64,000 bases of DNA from Octopus sinensis (GCF_006345805.1 NC_042999.1:107260001-107324000); one strand, 5' to 3'; shown: positions 11,943 to 24,820, counted from the first letter of the stretch. A program made the numbers and translations. The notes: a model not told the origin generated them from the letters alone.

Positions 11943-12619
11943 AGCATTATAATTATATACAGAAGTGGATCCACCTCTCCTGATATTTGGTTTTGATTTT
12001 GTTCTTGCTGGATATTGGTTAAAAACCATAACTTTATTAGAAAAATAAAATTTTCGTTCCAGCCTCTTCCTTTCTCACCTTTTATTTCTTTTATGACTAA
12101 CTTCAGGAATATTTTTACTCCTCAAGCTTCAGCTGAAAGATCACTGCTATTTATGCTTGGAAGCACAATAGGACCAGAATTATTAAGATTTAGAAGATAA
12201 AATAATAATGTTAAAATGGATGCTATTGAAGCATAAATACAACCAGGATAATACAAATTGCTGTTTCAAAGGTAGAAAAGCGTAAAAACAAAAACATATT
12301 TTTAATAATCAAGGAGTAAAAAAGAAAAAAAAAATCATAGCTACAACTATATAAATAAACATGATGAGATGAACCAAACCAAAAAGTGAACAAGGATTTT
12401 CACCGTTACGCTGCTACACAGTAAAAATCATTAATTTAAACCACTTTACAATTCATGCTTCAAATTAGTCCAATCTCATTTTGATCCATCTGTTCCAAAT
12501 TTGAATATTTGGTATGAGAAGCAGCAGACATGGACATAGGTTCCAAGCATATAATCACAAAATATTTTATACATTCAGAACTTGATTAGAACTATGAGGG
12601 ATACATATACATACATATC

Positions 12620-13033
12620 TTTTATTTGTTTCAGTCATTAGACGGTGGCCATGCTGGAGCACCATCTTTAGGAACTTTTAGTTGAATGAATCACCCCTAC
12701 CAGTACATATTTTTGTTTGTTTTTTTTTTAGCCTGGTACTTATCCTATTGGTATCTTTCTGCTGAACCATTAAGCTATAGGGACATAAACAAACCAACAC
12801 CAGTTGTCAAGTGGTGGTGGGGGACAAACACAGACATGAAGACACATACATACACATGTATGTATTATATATATATATATATATATATATGACAGGCTTC
12901 TTTCAGTTTCCATCTACCAAATCCACTCACAAGGCTTTGATCCACCTGTGGCTTTAGTAGAAGACACTTACCCAAGGTGCTATGCAGTGAAACCATGTGG
13001 CTCAGAAGCAAGCTTCTTACCACACAGCCACAC
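12620..13033 (-). mobile_element. SINE family A, full length
   Basis: Head GGCTGTGTGGTAAGAAGC, core CCTTGGGTAAGTGTCTTCTAC, internal (TA)n, tail CAGCATGGCC..ATGACTGAAACAAATAAAA. Confidence 0.85.
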
Positions 13034-13134
13034 TTATGTGTATATGTAAATATGAATATTTATTTATTTATTTAGACAAAATGACAGACAGACAGATAAA
13101 TAGATGGATAAATAAATATACACACATATATATC

Positions 13135-13500
13135 ATCATCAGCATCATCGTTGATTAACATCCGTTTTCCATGCTGGCATGGGTTGGACGGTTTGACTGA
13201 GGTCAAGAGAGCCAACGGCTGCACCAGACTCCAGTCTGATCTGGCAGAGTTTCTACAACTGGATGCCCTTCTTAATGCCAACCACTCTGAGAGTGCAATG
13301 TGTGCTTTTTACATGCTACTGGCACAGGGGCTATTAAGGCGGGCTGGCAACGATCATGTTCAGATGGTGCTTTTTATGTGCCACCAGCATCGGTCACAAT
13401 GGGTTTGCACTTTTTACATGCCACTGGCACCAGAGGTAGTAAGGCGGGCCTAGCAACGAACACATTCAGATGGTGCTTTTTATGTTCCAGAAACAGGAGT
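13135..13500 (-). mobile_element. RTE-X-type 3' UTR fragment with an internal duplication
   Basis: (CAT)n, CATGGGTTGGACGGTTTGAC, GGATGCCCTTCTTAATGCCAACCAC; a TTTTACATGC..GGCGGGC..TTCAGATGGTGCTTTTTATG block occurs twice. Confidence 0.75.
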
Positions 13501-13874
13501 GACAGTGATTTCAAAATTTCAGAATGCTAGTGTCTGTTAGACTGTTCAATGAAGGCTAACAAATTTTTTTTTTAATCCCAATCACAATTCTACTGAACCA
13601 ATGTTAAAGAATCACATGATAATGAAATTATTTAATATTTCAGTACAAAGAAACAAAAGTAAGTCTTTAACAGCCAAATTTTTTAACCTCTTAACATACA
13701 CATTTTTTTTTCAGTTTCCATGCAAAAATTTTTTTTTATTATCTGTTTTGAATCTGTATATAAGGAAGAATAAGTACACAAATCGTTTTGGATCGTTTAT
13801 GATTTATTATGAAGTTACTGATAGAAATTCTAGTTATTGATAGTTTATGATAATAATGGAAGTCAAAGAATTCG

Positions 13875-14750
13875 ATAATGATGTCAGTGATGCTGGAGGT
13901 GGGAGCAGAACCCAATGGTGGACGCACAGATGCGGCCACATGTTGGGCATGTAACAGCGGAAGTAGAGTTGGGGATCCTCTCTTTTCGGGCTTGTTGCTT
14001 CTGGTCCAGGCTCTTGAGGTGCTTTTTCTTGAACAGTCTAACACCCTTTTGGACAGCTAGACACCAGGCACCACGGTCAGAGGCAAGCTATTCCTAGTCA
14101 TGGGCTGAAATGCCACAAGCTTCAAGGGGAGTTTTAAGGCTGTCCTTGTATCAACTCAGTAGCCTTCCAGGGTTTCTTGCTCCAGAAGCCAGCTCAGAGA
14201 AGGAGATCGTCTTTGGTAGTTGCTTATCATCCATTTGGACAACATGTCCGACCCACCGGAGCTGGGCCCTCATGATGAGGGCTTCGATCTGGGCATTTTG
14301 GCTCTGTGAAGCACCTCAGGGCTGGAGACTCTGTCCTCCCAGGAAATTCCCATGATTCATCGCAAGCAGTAAAGGTGGAACTGGTCAAGTACTCACATTT
14401 GCCTCCTATACAGCATTCACGTCCCACAGCCGTAGAACAGAGAGGTGATGACGACTGTCCTATAGACCGCTAGCTTGGTGGAAAGTCTGATGCCTCATTT
14501 GGCCCATACACATGTCCAAAGTCTGCCAAACAAAGCTCCTGCTTTTGCAAGCCTCATGGAGACAACTTTGTCCATGCTGCAGTTTGAGGACAGGCAACTT
14601 CCCATGTATGTAAAGCTCCCCACGTTGTTCAGAGTTGTGCCCTCAATCTCAATTTGAGGCCCAGGAGGTGTCAAGCCAGGTGCAGGCTGAAGCATCACTT
14701 CAGTTTTTCACAGGCTAATGGTCAGTCTGAAGGCTTTTGCTGCTTCTGCA
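13875..14750 (-). mobile_element. RTE-clade LINE 3' fragment (RT C-terminal half and thumb), degraded
   Basis: ORF 14495-14698 (IEIEGTTLNNVGSFTYMGSCLS..RLAKAGALFGRL) followed by TKLAVYRTVVITSLFYGCGTW and DQFHLYCLR motifs. Confidence 0.85.
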
Positions 14751-14996
14751 ATAGTTAATGATAGAAAACAGGAATAACATCATGAACAAAGTATTTTGGG
14801 TTAGAAATAAGTGACAGATATCTCAGAGTACAGTGAATGTATATTTTCATTCAAATATATATTTACTAGACATCTCTGAATGAAAATATACGGGTTAATA
14901 TGTTAAAAGGTTAACTAAAATGAAAGAAAAGTACTCAAAAATATTTTATGAGGAAGCAATCCTTCAACTCTTTAGCATTCAGATTACTATTGTTAA

Positions 14997-15597
14997 CCCT
15001 TCATTGGCTGGCGGGGTTTGAATTACACAAAAAGCCATTGGGGTCCCAAGGGACACCCTTTTATTTTTGCACATTTCCACACTAGCCATAAAGTAATATT
15101 TCGTTAATCTTGTATATATGTGTGAGTGCATGATACAGAACAAGAAATTTAGCACTTTATAGGTATATATTTGAAATTATTAGTGTTTAATGGAGGGGAA
15201 TTAAAATATAATTTATTGACTGTAAAATACCTTTATTGAAAGAAATCAACATTTTTTTATAGTTTTATAAACTACACATATAGCTCTAAATATAAAATAA
15301 AACAAAATTATTTAGTATTTCGATTCATACCAGTACATATACAAAGAAAACTTAACTTGTAGTTCATCAGAATATCTGAAAAAAGAACAGAAAAAAATAA
15401 TTTCACAGAAAGCCAATGGGATCCAGTTGGACCCCAATGACCATTTTTATGCTATGACTGGAAATTTTCCATGTGCATACATAAACTATTGACAATAAAA
15501 GTCATGAGATATAAAATCATTTAAATATAAAATGTAGAAGTTGCATTACTTTTAAAATTTGCTGGGGTCCCAAGGGACCATGCCAGCCCATGAAGGA
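14997..15597. mobile_element. piggyBac-like MITE
   Basis: TTAA|CCCTTCATTGGCTGGC ... GCCAGCCCATGAAGGA termini; subterminal GGGGTCCCAAGGGAC at both ends. Confidence 0.65.
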
Positions 15598-15600
15598 TTC

Positions 15601-16022
15601 TCTTTTACTCTTTTACTTGTTTCAGTCATTTGACTGTGGCCATGCTGGAGCACCGCCTTTAGTCGAGCAAATCGACCCCAGGACTTATTCTTTGCAAGCC
15701 TAGTACTTATTCTATCGGTCTCTTTTGCCGAACTGCTAAGTTATGGGGACATAAACACACCAGCATCAGTTGTCAAGCGATGTTGAGGGGACAATCACAA
15801 ACACACAAACATATACACACACACATACATATATATGTATATATATATATATATATATATACAACAGGCTTCTTTCAGTTTCCGTCTACCATATCCACTC
15901 ACAAGGCTTTGGTCTGCCCAAGGCTATAGTAGAAGACACTTGCCCAAGGTGCCACATAGTGGAACTGAACCCAGAACCATGTGGCTGGTAAGCAAGCTAC
16001 TTACCACACAGCCACTACTACG
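15601..16022 (-). mobile_element. SINE family A, full length, young
   Basis: Nearly identical to 44285-44685 and 46693-47105. Confidence 0.9.
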
Positions 16023-16080
16023 CCTAATTCACATTGTTTTGAATTAACCATGTGTTATCCCATAACTTCAAGATTTCAAT

Positions 16081-16405
16081 AGATGGCATGTGGCTTAGTA
16101 GTGAAGGCATTTGGTCCATGACAGCAAGGTTGTGAGTTCAATTCCCAAAAGCACATAGTATCCTTGAGCAAGACACTTTACTCCACTCTGCTCCAGTTCA
16201 TTCAGCTGCCAAAAATGAATAGTAACTGTATTTCAAAGAGCCAGCATTGTTACGTTCTGTGTCACACTGAATCTCCCTGAAAACTATGTTAAGGGTACAC
16301 GTGTCTGTGGAGTGCTCAACCACTTGCACCTTAAGTTCATGAGCAGGCTGTTTCGCTGGTTGGATCAACTGAAATCCTCATTATCATAACCAACAGAATG
16401 CCAGA
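16081..16405 (+). mobile_element. tRNA-derived SINE (family C-type head, different 3' body)
   Basis: TGGCTTAGTAGT A-box, GAGTTCAATTCC B-box, TCCTTGAGCAAGACACTT core. Confidence 0.75.
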
Positions 16406-16881
16406 TTTTTATGATTTCAATGATGTGATTGTTTAGTTTTATTTGGCAGTGTTTCTACAGCTGGATGCCCTTCCTAACGCCATATCAGATTTATGATTAT
16501 AGGATAGGTGTTAGAAGCTGGATCTGGCCAATTTTAACATAAAGCAGATAGAACAATTGGGCCAGATATGGCCAATTTAAATGTTAAAGGGTTAAATTGA
16601 AACATAAATTATATAGAAGGTTGCTGTGAGCACAGACAAGATGGAGAATAGAAATCTAGTCACCTTTACAGTTAGTGAGGTGCTATATGGACATAAAATA
16701 CAAAGATGGTTTTGTCTCTGTTGTCGTATTTTATTATTTACTGCACAATCTGAAATTTAAAAAAAAAAGTAAAAAAGAAACAGCTTGCTTTAGTTTTTTG
16801 TTTGTGCTGAAATACACAAACTTCAACTTTATACATGTATGCACACGAACACAAACACACACACACACACACACACACTCT

Positions 16882-16947
<66 letters not shown>

Positions 16948-17724
16948 CTCTTTCTCTTTCAAAATAAAATCTGTTGGAAATTTACAGACAGAAAATTTTA
17001 AGTTTAAAAACTTTTGTCACACTTTCTTTCACTCTATAACTCTCCATTGCTTCTGATACATTCTCACCTTTCTGTTTTCAGTATTATCCAAAAATTTATG
17101 AATAGTTTATATCTTCATAACCACATATTCTTTCATATAACCATATTAATATATTAATACTTCATGGATAACTCCACACTGAAAGAAGATATTCATAATA
17201 GAAAACTCTGGATGCCATAATTCCCAATCATATCTTTCTATGTCAGATGATCTGTACCATGTGTATCTATTGAAATATTCATTCAGGATAAATTAGTGTC
17301 TCATCTACATTTAAAGATGCAATGACTCTGAGAGAAATAACAGCCATAACCTTTGTTGGTCAAATTTGGTATCTAGCTAGATCATTTGGTAACAATTGCT
17401 TTTGATAAGACTTTCTGGAAAGCTTACCTGAGAATTTTACCTCCACAAGAAGTGGGTGAGGAAGATGGTTAAAAAAAAATATCACCTTATTATCTATTTT
17501 ACATTCATTTGATAAGATAATTAGCCTGAAACATTCTGCAGTTCATATATCTTTAATTGATAAATAAGTATTAATTCTTGATGTTTACTGCATTTCAAGT
17601 TTTCATTTGATAGTGACTACTAGTGATATTGCTAGCCTTCTGTGTGAACATATGCATGTGCATGTGTGAGTGTGTGTGTGCGTCTGTGTGTGTCTGTGTG
17701 TGTCTGTGTCTGTGTGCATGTATA

Positions 17725-18317
17725 TGTGATGCATTCTAGAAGTTTTGAAACTTTTTTAGGAGAAGCAGTTATTGTAATTTGTGTATATCATTACCATATT
17801 TATAATAAGCTAATCTGCCAACTTTTCATCCCATTTTGAAGGAGACAACTGTAACAGTACTTTGAACACACCTCACTAAGCACTACTTCTCACAACTGAC
17901 TAACTTGCAGTATGTAGTTGGGACATAAAGACAATTTGGAAGCTTTTTATGCAATAAAGTTTTGTGTTAAACTGGACAAAAACACTACAGAAACTTGTGA
18001 GATGTTCCACACTGCTTATGGATTATCTTGTATGAGTGAAACATGTGTTTTGTTGGCTCAAGAGGCCAAGAAAAGCAAGATTACCAGGAAGCTCATGATG
18101 ATTCCTTTTTTTGATAGTAAGGTCATCATCAGTATCCACTGGGCTACTTTCTGAGGGTTTTGAGGGAGTTCAAGAAGAGTTTTTGTTGCAAAAGGCTAGA
18201 GCACTACAACAAATGCATTGAAGTTAGAGGATTCTACTTTGAAGGAAATTAGAGTTTTGTACTTTTTAAATGGATGTCTCTCCTGAAAAGATCTCAAAAT
18301 TTCTGGAATGCTTCTTA
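17725..18317 (+). mobile_element. Internally deleted mariner-like transposon
   Basis: TIRs GCATTCTAGAAGTTTTGAAACTTTT / AAAAGATCTCAAAATTTCTGGAATGC with TA flanks; ORF 17918-18154 joins an N-terminal HTH (AIKFCVKLDKNTTETCEMF) to a KLMMIPFFDSK catalytic-region segment. Confidence 0.8.
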
Positions 18318-18409
18318 TACATGCATGCATGCATGCGTGCATGCGTGTGTACATACATACATACAATCATATGCCAGATTACTACCTCCCACTTTGAAGG
18401 GTATGTATT

Positions 18410-19250
18410 TGCAATCCAGTAACAAGAAATATCAACCAAGTACCTAATGCTCAAAAGGGATAGAGATGCGGGTAAAGCTGTAAAGTGTGACAACCAATGC
18501 AGACTTTGAGGAGTTCACACTGAAGATATCACCCACATCATAAGCAGTTGTCCAAAAATGTCATCACGGTATTATCTACCAATGAGACATGACATTGTAG
18601 CTGGGACACTCTATAATGAAGTCCATCGGAAGGATGATCCCGATGACAAAGAAATAATATGGTAGAAGTCATAGCCACCCATAATAAAAAGGAATACTGG
18701 TGGAATGTACCGGCAAAGACCTCAATAAATATAAGCAAAACAGACCTGATATAATGATTTGGCATAGAGAAGAGAAACTATGCACAGTTAAAGCTGAAGA
18801 TCAGTGAAAAAGAGAACACCTATGCTGAACTATTGAGAAATCTGCAGTTACACTATCCAGATTACAAGTTCAGGTTTACACCTGTAATTATTGGTGCCCT
18901 GAGATATGTAACACACTGCCTAAATACCAATCTTGGGAAATTAGGCTTCTCAAAACCAAAAAAATAGAAAACTAACTCGAAGACTACAGATCCAGTCCAT
19001 CACTGGAACTGTAAAAGTCTGTAAAACTTTCCAGAAGTTTATCATTTAAATATATATGAACATGTATAGATATGCAACTATATGCCTGAAAATACATGCA
19101 TAAAACATACAAATTTGTACGTACATACATACGTACAAACAAAAATACCCTGTTGTTGATGTTGAAATTCCAATGAAGGAACCTTGGATCTAGGTTAGAA
19201 ACCGGTTCTTTCCCTATTAGCAAGAAATCTTGAAATAAACTGAATAATGA
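18410..19250 (+). mobile_element. R4/Dong-like non-LTR retrotransposon 3' fragment (CCHC plus restriction-like endonuclease), degraded
   Basis: Broken frames give C..C...EDITHIISSCPKMSSRYYLPMRHD, EYWWNVP, RPDIMIW and YAELLRNLQ..PVIIGAL. Confidence 0.8.
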
Positions 19251-19327
19251 CATACATACATACACACACATGTACACACATACATACACACATACATACA
19301 AACACACATACATACATACACACACAC

Positions 19328-19358
<31 letters not shown>

Positions 19359-19789
19359 CACACACACACACATACATACATACATACATTCTAAAATATC
19401 ACTGCAGTTTTCTGTATTTTGAGAGACTTATCAAAAGCAACAGTTAGCATTTAGAAATGGAGAGACAAAGAGAAGAAACAATCTCAGTACAGGATTTGTA
19501 CTCCATTTATCAACCCCCAAGAAACTGGAAAGCAAATTTGATCTCAGCAATATTTGAACTTAGAGTACAGAGAACTAGAACAATTGCCACAAGGCAATTT
19601 ATCCTATATTTCAACAACTTGATCAATTTTCCATCTCACACTCACACACTCTGTGTTTCAAATGCTGAAGAACAAAAGTGTTTACATATAATACTTAAAC
19701 TTCTTTCCAAAAAGTTTTTGTTACACTGTTTGTCAAAAGCATTTTTAAAAAGTCAACAATTTTTGAGAAAATCTTTCTTTATAAGGAGT

Positions 19790-19996
19790 CCTGAAAAGTT
19801 ACTGATTTTAAGGTTATTGCAAAAGGCCTGGTTGGAGGTTCAAACTTCTTAGTTCTTTTACATGGCTTACAAAAACTGAAGGACCACTGCAACAAGTTTA
19901 TGAATCTGAGAGGGTAATATATTGATTGAAATCATAATTAACTGATCTTTCTGTATTTTCCTTTACCCAAAACCAGGAACTTTCAGCACACCCTTG
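19790..19996 (+). mobile_element. Mariner-like transposon 3' end
   Basis: LHGLQKLKDHCNKFMNLRG resembles a transposase C-terminus; ends CCAGGAACTTTCAGCACACCCTTG|TA, a mariner-type TIR. Confidence 0.6.
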
Positions 19997-20139
19997 TATA
20001 TAGTCCAAATAATTTCTAATAGAAAATTCCTTACACATCTAACTTGTAAAAGTTTGTAATACCTATTAGCGAATAAAACATGTGTAATGGTAAATAAATA
20101 ATACCAAAAATTTCCACATTCCTGCTTTGTAATATATTA

Positions 20140-20430
20140 TCATCACCATCATCATCTTTTAACATCCATTGTCCATACTGGCATGGGTTGGACAGTTTGA
20201 TCAGGGCTGGTAAGCGGGGCTGCATCAGACTCCAGTCTGATTTGGCATGGTTTCTATGGCTGGATGTCCTTCCTAATGCTAACCACTCTAAGAGTGAAAT
20301 GGGTGTTTTTACGTGCCATTGGCATGGGTGCCATTTGCATGGGTGCCATTTGCATGACATCATTATCCGCCATGACTATGATTTCATTTAGCTTGATGGG
20401 TCTTCTTCTCAGGCATGGCATACTGCCAAT
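20140..20430 (-). mobile_element. RTE-X 3' end (ORF tail plus 3' UTR)
   Basis: Minus strand encodes QYAMPEKKTHQAK* and then the shared tail ending in (GAT)n. Confidence 0.75.
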
Positions 20431-20618
20431 AAATAAATATATATATATATAAGCTTATAAAATACTATAATTATTATTTACAGAATTTTAAAAATCGATG
20501 ATGCTTAACGACATCATCACAACAAAAGCACATGAAAGTTTGCTTACAAAAACAACTACGAACTAATTATAGTTCTTAAATCTGACAGAAAGATGTTGGT
20601 GAGCTGGCAGAAAGGCGG

Positions 20619-20830
20619 TGAGCTGGCAGAAACGTTAGCACACCGGGCAACACGCTTAGCGGTATTTCATCTGCTGCTACATTCTGAGTTCAGATTCTAC
20701 CGAAGTCGACTTTGCCTTTCATCCTTTCGGGCTTGATTAAATAAGTACCACTTATGCACTGGGGTTGATATAATCGACTTAATCCATTTGTCCATCCTTG
20801 TTTGTCCCCTCTGTGGGCAGTAAAAAAAAT
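20619..20830 (+). mobile_element. SINE family B inserted at the start of the tRNA-like gene
   Basis: Full family B sequence; GTTGGT duplicated on both sides (TSD-like). Confidence 0.85.
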
Positions 20831-20850
20831 ATGAAAGAAAAAAACAGGTT

Positions 20851-20923
20851 GGTGTGTTGGTGTAACGGTAGCACACTTGGTTGCATAAACGAAGAGGTGT
20901 GGGTTTGAGTCCCACGCATATGA
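20851..20923 (+). pseudogene. tRNA-like sequence, anticodon CAT (probably decayed from CGT, Thr-like)
   Basis: D-stem GTGT/GCAC, anticodon arm TTGGT-TGCATAA-ACGAA, T-arm GTGGG-TTTGAGT-CCCAC; acceptor stem imperfect. Confidence 0.6.
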
Positions 20924-21131
20924 GAAAACCCCCATTATTAGACTATTTTCTTTAGTCATTACACGGTGATAACTTTTCAGCTTTAAGTTTATTAAGTAAT
21001 ATTATTATTATTTATAGAATTGTAAAAATCGACACTGTTTAACAAAACTATTGCAGTGAAGGCTCATGAAAGTTTGCTTACAAAAGCAACTACAAACTAA
21101 TTATAGTCCTTAAATCTGACAGAAATAGGTT

Positions 21132-21204
21132 GGTGTGTTGGTGCAATGGTAACACACATGGTCGCGTAAACAAAGAGGTGTGGGTTTGAGTCCCATGCAT
21201 GTGG
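21132..21204 (+). pseudogene. tRNA-like sequence, anticodon CGT (Thr-like)
   Basis: Paralogue of 20851-20923; GGTCGCGTAAAC resembles the tRNA-Thr(CGT) anticodon arm; stems weakened. Confidence 0.55.
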
Positions 21205-21389
21205 CAAAACTTACATTTTCTGTCAAAGGCTTACATGCCCCCTTCTTGGACTATTTTCTTTTGTCCTTGCACAGTGATTGCTCATAAGCTTTAAGCTTAT
21301 AAAATACTATTATTTTTATTTACAGAATTGTAAAAATTGATGCTGCTTAACAAAACCATCACAGTGCAAGCACACATATATATATATAT

Positions 21390-21640
21390 CATCATCATCA
21401 TTGTTTAACGTCCGTTTTCCATGCTAGCATGGGTTGGACCATTTGACCGGGTCTGGGAAGCCAGGAGGCTGCACCAACCTCCAGTCTGATCTGACAGTGA
21501 TTTTACAGCTGGACGCCCTTCCTAACGCCAACCACTCCGTGAGTGTAGTGGGTGCTTTTTACATGCCACCGGCACAGGTGCCAGGGGAGGCTGGCAATGG
21601 CTATGATTGGTTGGTGCTTTTTATGTGCCACCAGCATGGA
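21390..21640 (-). mobile_element. RTE-X-type 3' UTR fragment
   Basis: (CAT)n-GTTTAACGTCCGTTTTCCATGCTAGCATGGGTTGGAC..GGACGCCCTTCCTAACGCCAACCAC. Confidence 0.85.
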
Positions 21641-21651
21641 AGATATATATA

Positions 21652-22033
21652 TAAGAGCAAAACGCCCCCTGTCCAATGGACAGTGCTGAGTTGTCAAACA
21701 TTTAAACCAAATTTTCTCAAAACAACTTGTCTGACCATCCCATATGTCTCCCCTTTGAGAAACACTGATTTAACCTAAATTTGAGACACCAGCAAAAGAA
21801 GAAATAAAGATAAACTTTTTTTCTATTCCAAGAAAAACGATTTTACAAATGCACGTTCCTACAACTTTATCGATCGCATTCTCACCTGGAATCGATTTTT
21901 GTAATTTTTTTTCCATGACTTATACATGCCCTGATACTGTCGATATCTACATATCAAATTTGAGCACAATCAGATGGAGGATGCCCGAGATCCTAGAAGA
22001 CACACAGACAGACAGACAGAACGGATTTTATAT

Positions 22034-22035
<2 letters not shown>
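21652..22035 (-). mobile_element. Non-autonomous Helitron-like element (copy 1)
   Basis: Inverted homologue of 24838-25258; subterminal hairpin TGTCCA-T-TGGACA. Confidence 0.55.
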
Positions 22036-22110
<75 letters not shown>

Positions 22111-22980
22111 TGAGGAATATGAAGTTGTGTAATTGCCACTAACCTATTCATATACTCTCTTAAAACATCCAACAATAGAGAGACAAAATGCATCACTTTA
22201 TTCTCAGTCATAATCTTGTAAAACTCATTCATTTCTAAACAATTACACTTCAGTTGATAATGTTGCTTGGCTTTGGGTAATTTAAGTACAGTGGATATAA
22301 AGTCAAAGTGTTTGTATGCTGACATGTTCCATAGTTCAAAACTTGCTATAGGCCATATTTTGTAACTTGATATATGTAACAAGAAGAGGAATAAGCACTT
22401 TTGTTTTACTTATTGGATTGATATATAAATAGATGAATCTCACATTACAATGAATTGGTTAGCAATAAGAATGCTGTCTAGCATTGAAACTTATCCTCTA
22501 CAATTGTCGAAAAGTTGATAACGGAAAATTATCGCAAAACCATACTCTAAAAACAAACAAAAAATATCAAATGTATATCAGTTAAAATAAAGCACTTTAA
22601 AGCTATATCACACACACACAAACACACACACACAAACACACACACACACACACATACATGCATGCATGCAAACATACATAGATGCAAGTCGAGTTGTATG
22701 GTTAAGAGGTTTCTTTCTCTATTATGCAGTTTCAGATTTGGAATGTGTTTCTACTGTCAGAAATCTTGGAAAAGTATCTTCAACGATAATATTTGAAAAG
22801 ATATGATTTTAGTGCTGCATACTTCCAATAGATTAAATCCTGGTTAAAATCCGCACTTCCCTTTGTTTTTCGGGGGTTTTTTATGACAATTTGCAGCTTG
22901 GCAAGTATGTCAGGGAATACCATTCAGTGCTCTGCCAAAGCTTCAGCATAGTGTCAATTACATAACATGAACTAACTTAG

Positions 22981-23366
22981 GCACAGGTATGGCTGTGTGG
23001 TAAGAAGCTTGCTCCCAACCACATGGTTTCAGGTTCAGTCCTACTGCGTGGCACCTTGGGTAAGTGTCTTCTAATATAGCTTCAAGCCAACCAAAGCTAT
23101 GTGAGTGGATTTTGTAGACAGAAACTGAAAAAAGCCCATTGTATATACATATATACACCTATGTGGGTGTGTGTCTTTGTTTGTCCCCACCATCACTGCT
23201 TGACAACTGGTGTCGGCGTGTTTAAGTTACCATAACTTGGCAGTTCAGCAAGAGACTTGTAGCTTAAGTACTAGACTTTAAAAAAGTAGTCATGAGGTCG
23301 ATTTCTTCAACTAAAACCTCTCAAGGCGATGCTCCAACATGGAGCACCTATCCAAGTAAAAGAGTA
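22981..23366 (+). mobile_element. SINE family A
   Basis: Head, CCTTGGGTAAGTGTCTTCT core and tail. Confidence 0.85.
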
Positions 23367-24429
23367 ACAATTCCTCTCTTGAAATGTTGGCTTATTACTC
23401 ACTTATCTATTACCTCTACTGTACATTGAAAAAGCACAAAATGTTCCACAGGATCAGTGTGTCACAACTGAAAATATGGTTGAGATTTTTCATGCTAATT
23501 TTACATTGATAGCTTATTACTTATAGCCCAGTTTCAATTACTATCATGAATATTTTATCTTATCCTCAAAAGAGCAAAATGCCTTTTGGCAAATTTCCCT
23601 TGCCAGCTCGTGAATTCACTACTTAAAGAATACTTAGAATATAATTCTACTTATTTAATCCATCATCAACCTTTTTTTATTGATATAAGTTGATTGGTAT
23701 AAATTTTAAGCCTCTCCCACTTTTAACTGGCGTCTATTCAAGATGCTTCCATATATTCTGCTTATGATTGATTTTTCAAAGATATCTGCCAACATCAAAA
23801 GAATTTATAAGGAGTGTCATTGATTAGTTTCCAATGGTTCCTTTCTTATTGAGATATTATGCCAGCATAGGCTCATCATGTGGTTAAGAACTTCACTTAA
23901 TAATCAGCTTGTTCTAGGTTTAGTCAAACTTTCTACTACCATAGCTATGACCCATGCCAAGCCTTGTAAGTGAAACTGAATAGATAGAAACTTTGTGTGA
24001 GCCCTTCAGATAGACAGTGTTGTATAATGAAAATAACAGGTAGAAAAATAGACAATGAGAAATTACTTTAAAATATGGAAAAAATTTGGCTTTGACAATC
24101 AAATAACACTGTATTCAAAGCTTTTGATTTTGCCCTTGATATTAAATCTATGGATAGAAAACTGACAGAGGTAATTTTTTAAAACAGAAAAAAAAAAAAA
24201 AAGATTATGATAAAAGATTATAAAATAAGGACAAAATCAGCTTCAACTAATATGTGGCCATAGATTTCCATTGGTTATCAATAAAACGGGTTGCCCATAC
24301 AAACTAACATATTAGACTCATTCCTCTCTAGTTTTTACATGTTCCCTGCACTCAGTGCCCATGTTTCACTACCATGTAACATTGCTGTTCATACATAAGC
24401 ATTATACAATCTGCTTTTCTCTTGGGGAG

Positions 24430-24820
24430 AGAGAGAAACTTTTGTTGCCATCAAAGATAATAGCTCTCAGTACTTCTTCCATTTTATTCTTACTCTAGCA
24501 AGTATATTTTCAGAACATCCTTCTCCACTGCCAATCAGATCATCTTGGTAACAGAACCTATCTACTACCTCCAGGGAGCCTCCAGATTATTCAAGAAAAA
24601 TATATTTTCCTTGTGGCTTTAGTGTTTATTGACCCTGCACATCTTCCACATATAGTACTATTTTCTTCATTAAACTTCCTGTGATTCCATTGTACCTCTT
24701 GTGTGTCCATAACTTATTCTGGATACACCATATGGAATTCCAGTCTATACTTCCCTACATATCAAGCTCAGTCATTCACCTGAAGAGAGTAGAATCCTGT
24801 ATGCTTTACTGCTTACTAGA
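24430..24820 (-). mobile_element. RTE-X LINE fragment (post-RT region), degraded
   Basis: Minus frames give WTHKRYNGITGSL and LEVVDRFCYQDDLIGSGEGCSENILARVRIKWKK, typical of RTE-X. Confidence 0.75.

Larger units (their letters stand above)
20447..21375 (+). repeat. ~305-bp tandem unit (two full copies plus a partial third); the two full copies carry a tRNA-like gene
   Basis: TTATTTAYAGAATTKTAAAAATYGAY recurs at ~20474, ~21008 and ~21316; unit 1 is lengthened by a SINE B insertion. Confidence 0.85.

Noticed and set aside
19457-19852. 131-aa plus-strand ORF
   Set aside because: No recognisable domain; its 3' end runs into mariner transposase debris.
20447-21375. CRISPR-like or functional tRNA-gene reading of the tandem unit
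   Set aside because: Eukaryotic context with no repeat-spacer layout; acceptor and anticodon stems are too damaged to call functional tRNAs.
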